NCBI RefSeq assembly: GCF_044704955.1
Contig: NC_091984.1
Location: 195,300,001-195,364,000, forward strand
Length of the DNA stretch: 64,000 bases
Direction of reading: 5' to 3'
Origin: Pristiophorus japonicus
Lineage: Eukaryota
Position 1 is the first letter of the stretch. The number at the start of each line of letters is the position of its first letter. Both the position numbers and the translations under genes were made by a program. Under the pieces are notes generated by a model that did no database searches, was not told the DNA's origin, and saw only the letters and a list, made by a program, of their open reading frames with translations. This document shows, piece after piece, positions 61,278 through 64,000 of this stretch.

Positions 61278-62287
61278 TGTCATGTATCTTACATGGCTAC
61301 TGTTAGTACTATCACAAGGTACCAAAGGGCACAGCAGTGGGAGACTTGTAGGTTACCTGTACAGGTGTGCCTGGCCTAGTATAAAAAGCAGGCCACCAGG
61401 TGTGATCCTCACTTTGGAGTTAGCAAATAAAGGATTAAGGTCACTACAGTTCAAGTACAACACATTGCCTCATGGAGTCATTATTAGAGCATCTAAGGAC
61501 ACAACAATTGGCAACGAGATTACGAACTTTCACACGAAAACGGCTACCCTTGGAATGTTGCAGCAGTTCGCCAATGGTGATGATTGGGATGCCTTTGTGG
61601 AGAGGCTCGACCATTTCTTCATGGCAAACAACCTGGCAGGAGACGACCCGGCCACATTGGCTGATAAGTGCAGAGTTATCTTGCTAACTAGTTGTGGGCC
61701 CACCGTCTATGGCCTTGTCAGGGACTTGCTGGCACCAGTGAAGATAACGACCAAGACGTACAAGGAGCTCGTAACCCTGATCCATGAGCAACTCTATCAC
61801 AAGGAGAGCGTCCTCACAGCCAGACACCGGTTCTACAACCAATGACGGCCCGAAGGCCGGGAAATCGCGAAATATGCCGTATACCTCAGGAGGCTGGCGG
61901 CACCGTGCGAGTTCAGCAACCACCTCAACGAAGCGCTGCGGGACATTTTTGTCATTGGAATTGGCCATGAGGGCCTTCTTCATAAATTACTGTCGGCAGA
62001 TACCACAGTCACACTGCAGAAGGTCATTTCCGTAAGCCAGGCATTCATGACCTCGACCTGCGGCTCTAGGCAGATGACTCACCCTCAGGACTCAAACTCG
62101 GCAGGTACTGTGCACAGAGTGGCACCGTTCAGAGGCTGGACTGTAGAGCGCGAACCCTCTCAGGGAAGAGAGGACAGGCCCCCCGAGTCCCTTAACTCAG
62201 AGTCTGCTGAGGGGGGCTAATCAAGTAGCTCCATGCTGGCGTTGTGGAGGGAATCACAGGGCTCACCAGTGCATTTTTAAAGACAAT

Positions 62288-63745
62288 AGGCTAGATTTTC
62301 CACTAGGTGGCTAAGGCCCAAAAATATGGGCCTTATTCCAGCAGTGTGTGATGTATCGCCCATGCTGATTGCCGGCATAAGGCCCATTTTCTTTTGCGAT
62401 TTTCCATTCAGCCTTACCCCAGCATCCTGGAGTGAATTCTGCACGAACTTCTCCAATTGGTCTTCCAAGGAGGCACAGACTACGAGGGAGACCTTGGAGG
62501 CCATTCGGCAGCAGACAGCCACAACCAATTCCCTACGGCATGTGTTGCTGACTGGACATGGCGCTGCACTCCAAGGTGTCGTGTCTGCTCGCAGTGAGAC
62601 CCCGAGCATGCAAGCGAGTACGGAGGACACAGTTCCTCCTGACTCGGAAGTGGAGCTTCAGGCTTCCGCTTCTGCTCCGTCACCTCCACCACGGCAGGAA
62701 GTCTTGCCGTCCCACTCTGCACGATGTCTTGGTGTCGTTCTGCGTAGACCAAAACAGGTGGGTGGGGTTCAAACACGGGATGGGAAATGTGGCCGCAGGT
62801 AGGGAGGGAGGCATTTTTTCACAAAGTTTGTTCACTTGTTCAATTGTTCCTGTTCCTGTTTTGTTAGTTTTGTGAGTTGTTATTGGTTAATTGTTAATTG
62901 TTAATTGTTAATTGTTAATTGTTCAGATTTTGTATTTGAGGGAAGGGTGGGTGGGTGTGAGGGGTGGGGGGCAGGGGTTGAAGGGATAGTTTTTAAATTT
63001 TTTATTTAATTCAATAAATTGTGTGTGTCTTCTTTCTTAGTTAGTTATCAACTATACAGATGTTATTCCCTATCTGAGCATTCTATTAATATACGAGTAC
63101 TTTAGTAACACCTTCTAATAAATGCTATTATTATAAAACCTATTCACTAAAAATCTATATAAAACCTATTCACTAAAAACCTATATAAAACCTATTCACT
63201 AAAAACAACGTATATGAAAAATTACAGCTCTCACCCTCATTAAATTCCATTATATAAAACCTAATTATATAAAACCAAACGTAATGATAACTATATGAAA
63301 ACTTACAGCCCTCAGTAAATTATACTATATAAAACCTATTTAATAAAAATTACGTAATAATACCTATTTATATTCCCTGTCTCATTATTCTGAGTACAAC
63401 TAGCTCTCTAATTAAATCACAACTAATCCTCCACCCTTCCATTGAAGTCAAAATGGCGTCCTTAGTGCCCATTTTCCTTCTCTTCGGCCCAGAAAAAGCA
63501 ACTGTTTCTCAGCACTGTTTTGGGCCTTATATTGGCCCAGCGAAGTGCATGCTCGGTGCTGAAACTTGGGATGGGCCTTGTGTGGGCTATAATTTCGGCG
63601 ATCTTCTTGGCGATCAAAGTGGAAACTTAGGCACTGTTTTTCGGGCGATATTTTGGGCCTAGTTTCCACTTTTTGCTCAAAATAGAGGACCGTTTGGACC
63701 ATATATGGGCCATAAATGGGCGACGTGAAGTGGAAAATCTAGCCC
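62288..63745 (+). mobile_element. Deletion derivative related to the Myb-only Harbinger at 30025-33279, inserted in gag
   Basis: TIRs AGGCTAGATTTTCCACT / AGTGGAAAATCTAGCCC; 62420-62800 matches 31772-32173; right end matches 32960-33279. Confidence 0.9.
63132..63206. repeat. 26-bp tandem repeat, 3 copies
   Basis: TATAAAACCTATTCACTAAAAA(T/C)C.. at 26-nt period. Confidence 0.85.
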
Positions 63746-64000
63746 AAAGTATGCAAAGGCTGCAGCACAAAGGGTCACCTCCAGCGAATGTGCAAGAGAA
63801 ATATGACTCACTGTGTCGATGAAGAGTCTGCAGAAGGCCATGAATCCAGCGTGGATTATGAAACGATCGGCAGAGAGGCAGCCCAGCCTCACGATGAGGT
63901 ATATAGCATGTTTACCTGCATCACCGAGTGTTCCCCACTGAAGATGGAAGTCGAGATAGATGGCGTTCCAATCTTCATGGAAGTGGACACAGGGGTTATC

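Larger units (their letters stand above)
61278..64000 (+). mobile_element. Gypsy LTR retrotransposon 5' part (LTR, gag, start of protease), runs off window end
   Basis: LTR 61278-61506 TG..CA; PBS TGGCAACGAG; GDDWDAFVERLDHFF; CWRCGGNHRAHQC; MEVDTG. Confidence 0.9.

Overview
Eukaryotic, repeat-dense DNA. The repeat repertoire (CR1 LINEs with (TTCTTATG)n/(TTTCTATG)n tails, Deu-domain tRNA-SINEs, Penelope remnants) suggests a cartilaginous fish; this is inference. Most of the window is nested transposons: at least 12 CR1/L2-group LINE pieces, three Gypsy LTR retrotransposons plus a solo LTR, and about 14 PIF/Harbinger elements. The Harbingers range from two decayed two-gene copies (spliced Myb/SANT gene plus convergent HARBI1-like transposase), through a Myb-only family, to MITEs. 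No complete host gene is present. The AT-rich unique gaps hold several + strand exon-like segments, ending in a signal-peptide-like phase-1 exon (MTSVVILSLVLLSLILFSAMN-G, 60484-60547), so the window may be the long 5' region of a secreted or receptor gene. Best leads: that exon and a possible uORF whose stop overlaps its ATG, a transposase-less Harbinger family that keeps only its Myb gene, hammerhead-like cores in Penelope-derived DNA, and an in-frame 36-bp VNTR in a Harbinger Myb gene. No prokaryotic systems or CRISPR arrays. Coordinates were read by eye and may be off by a few bases.
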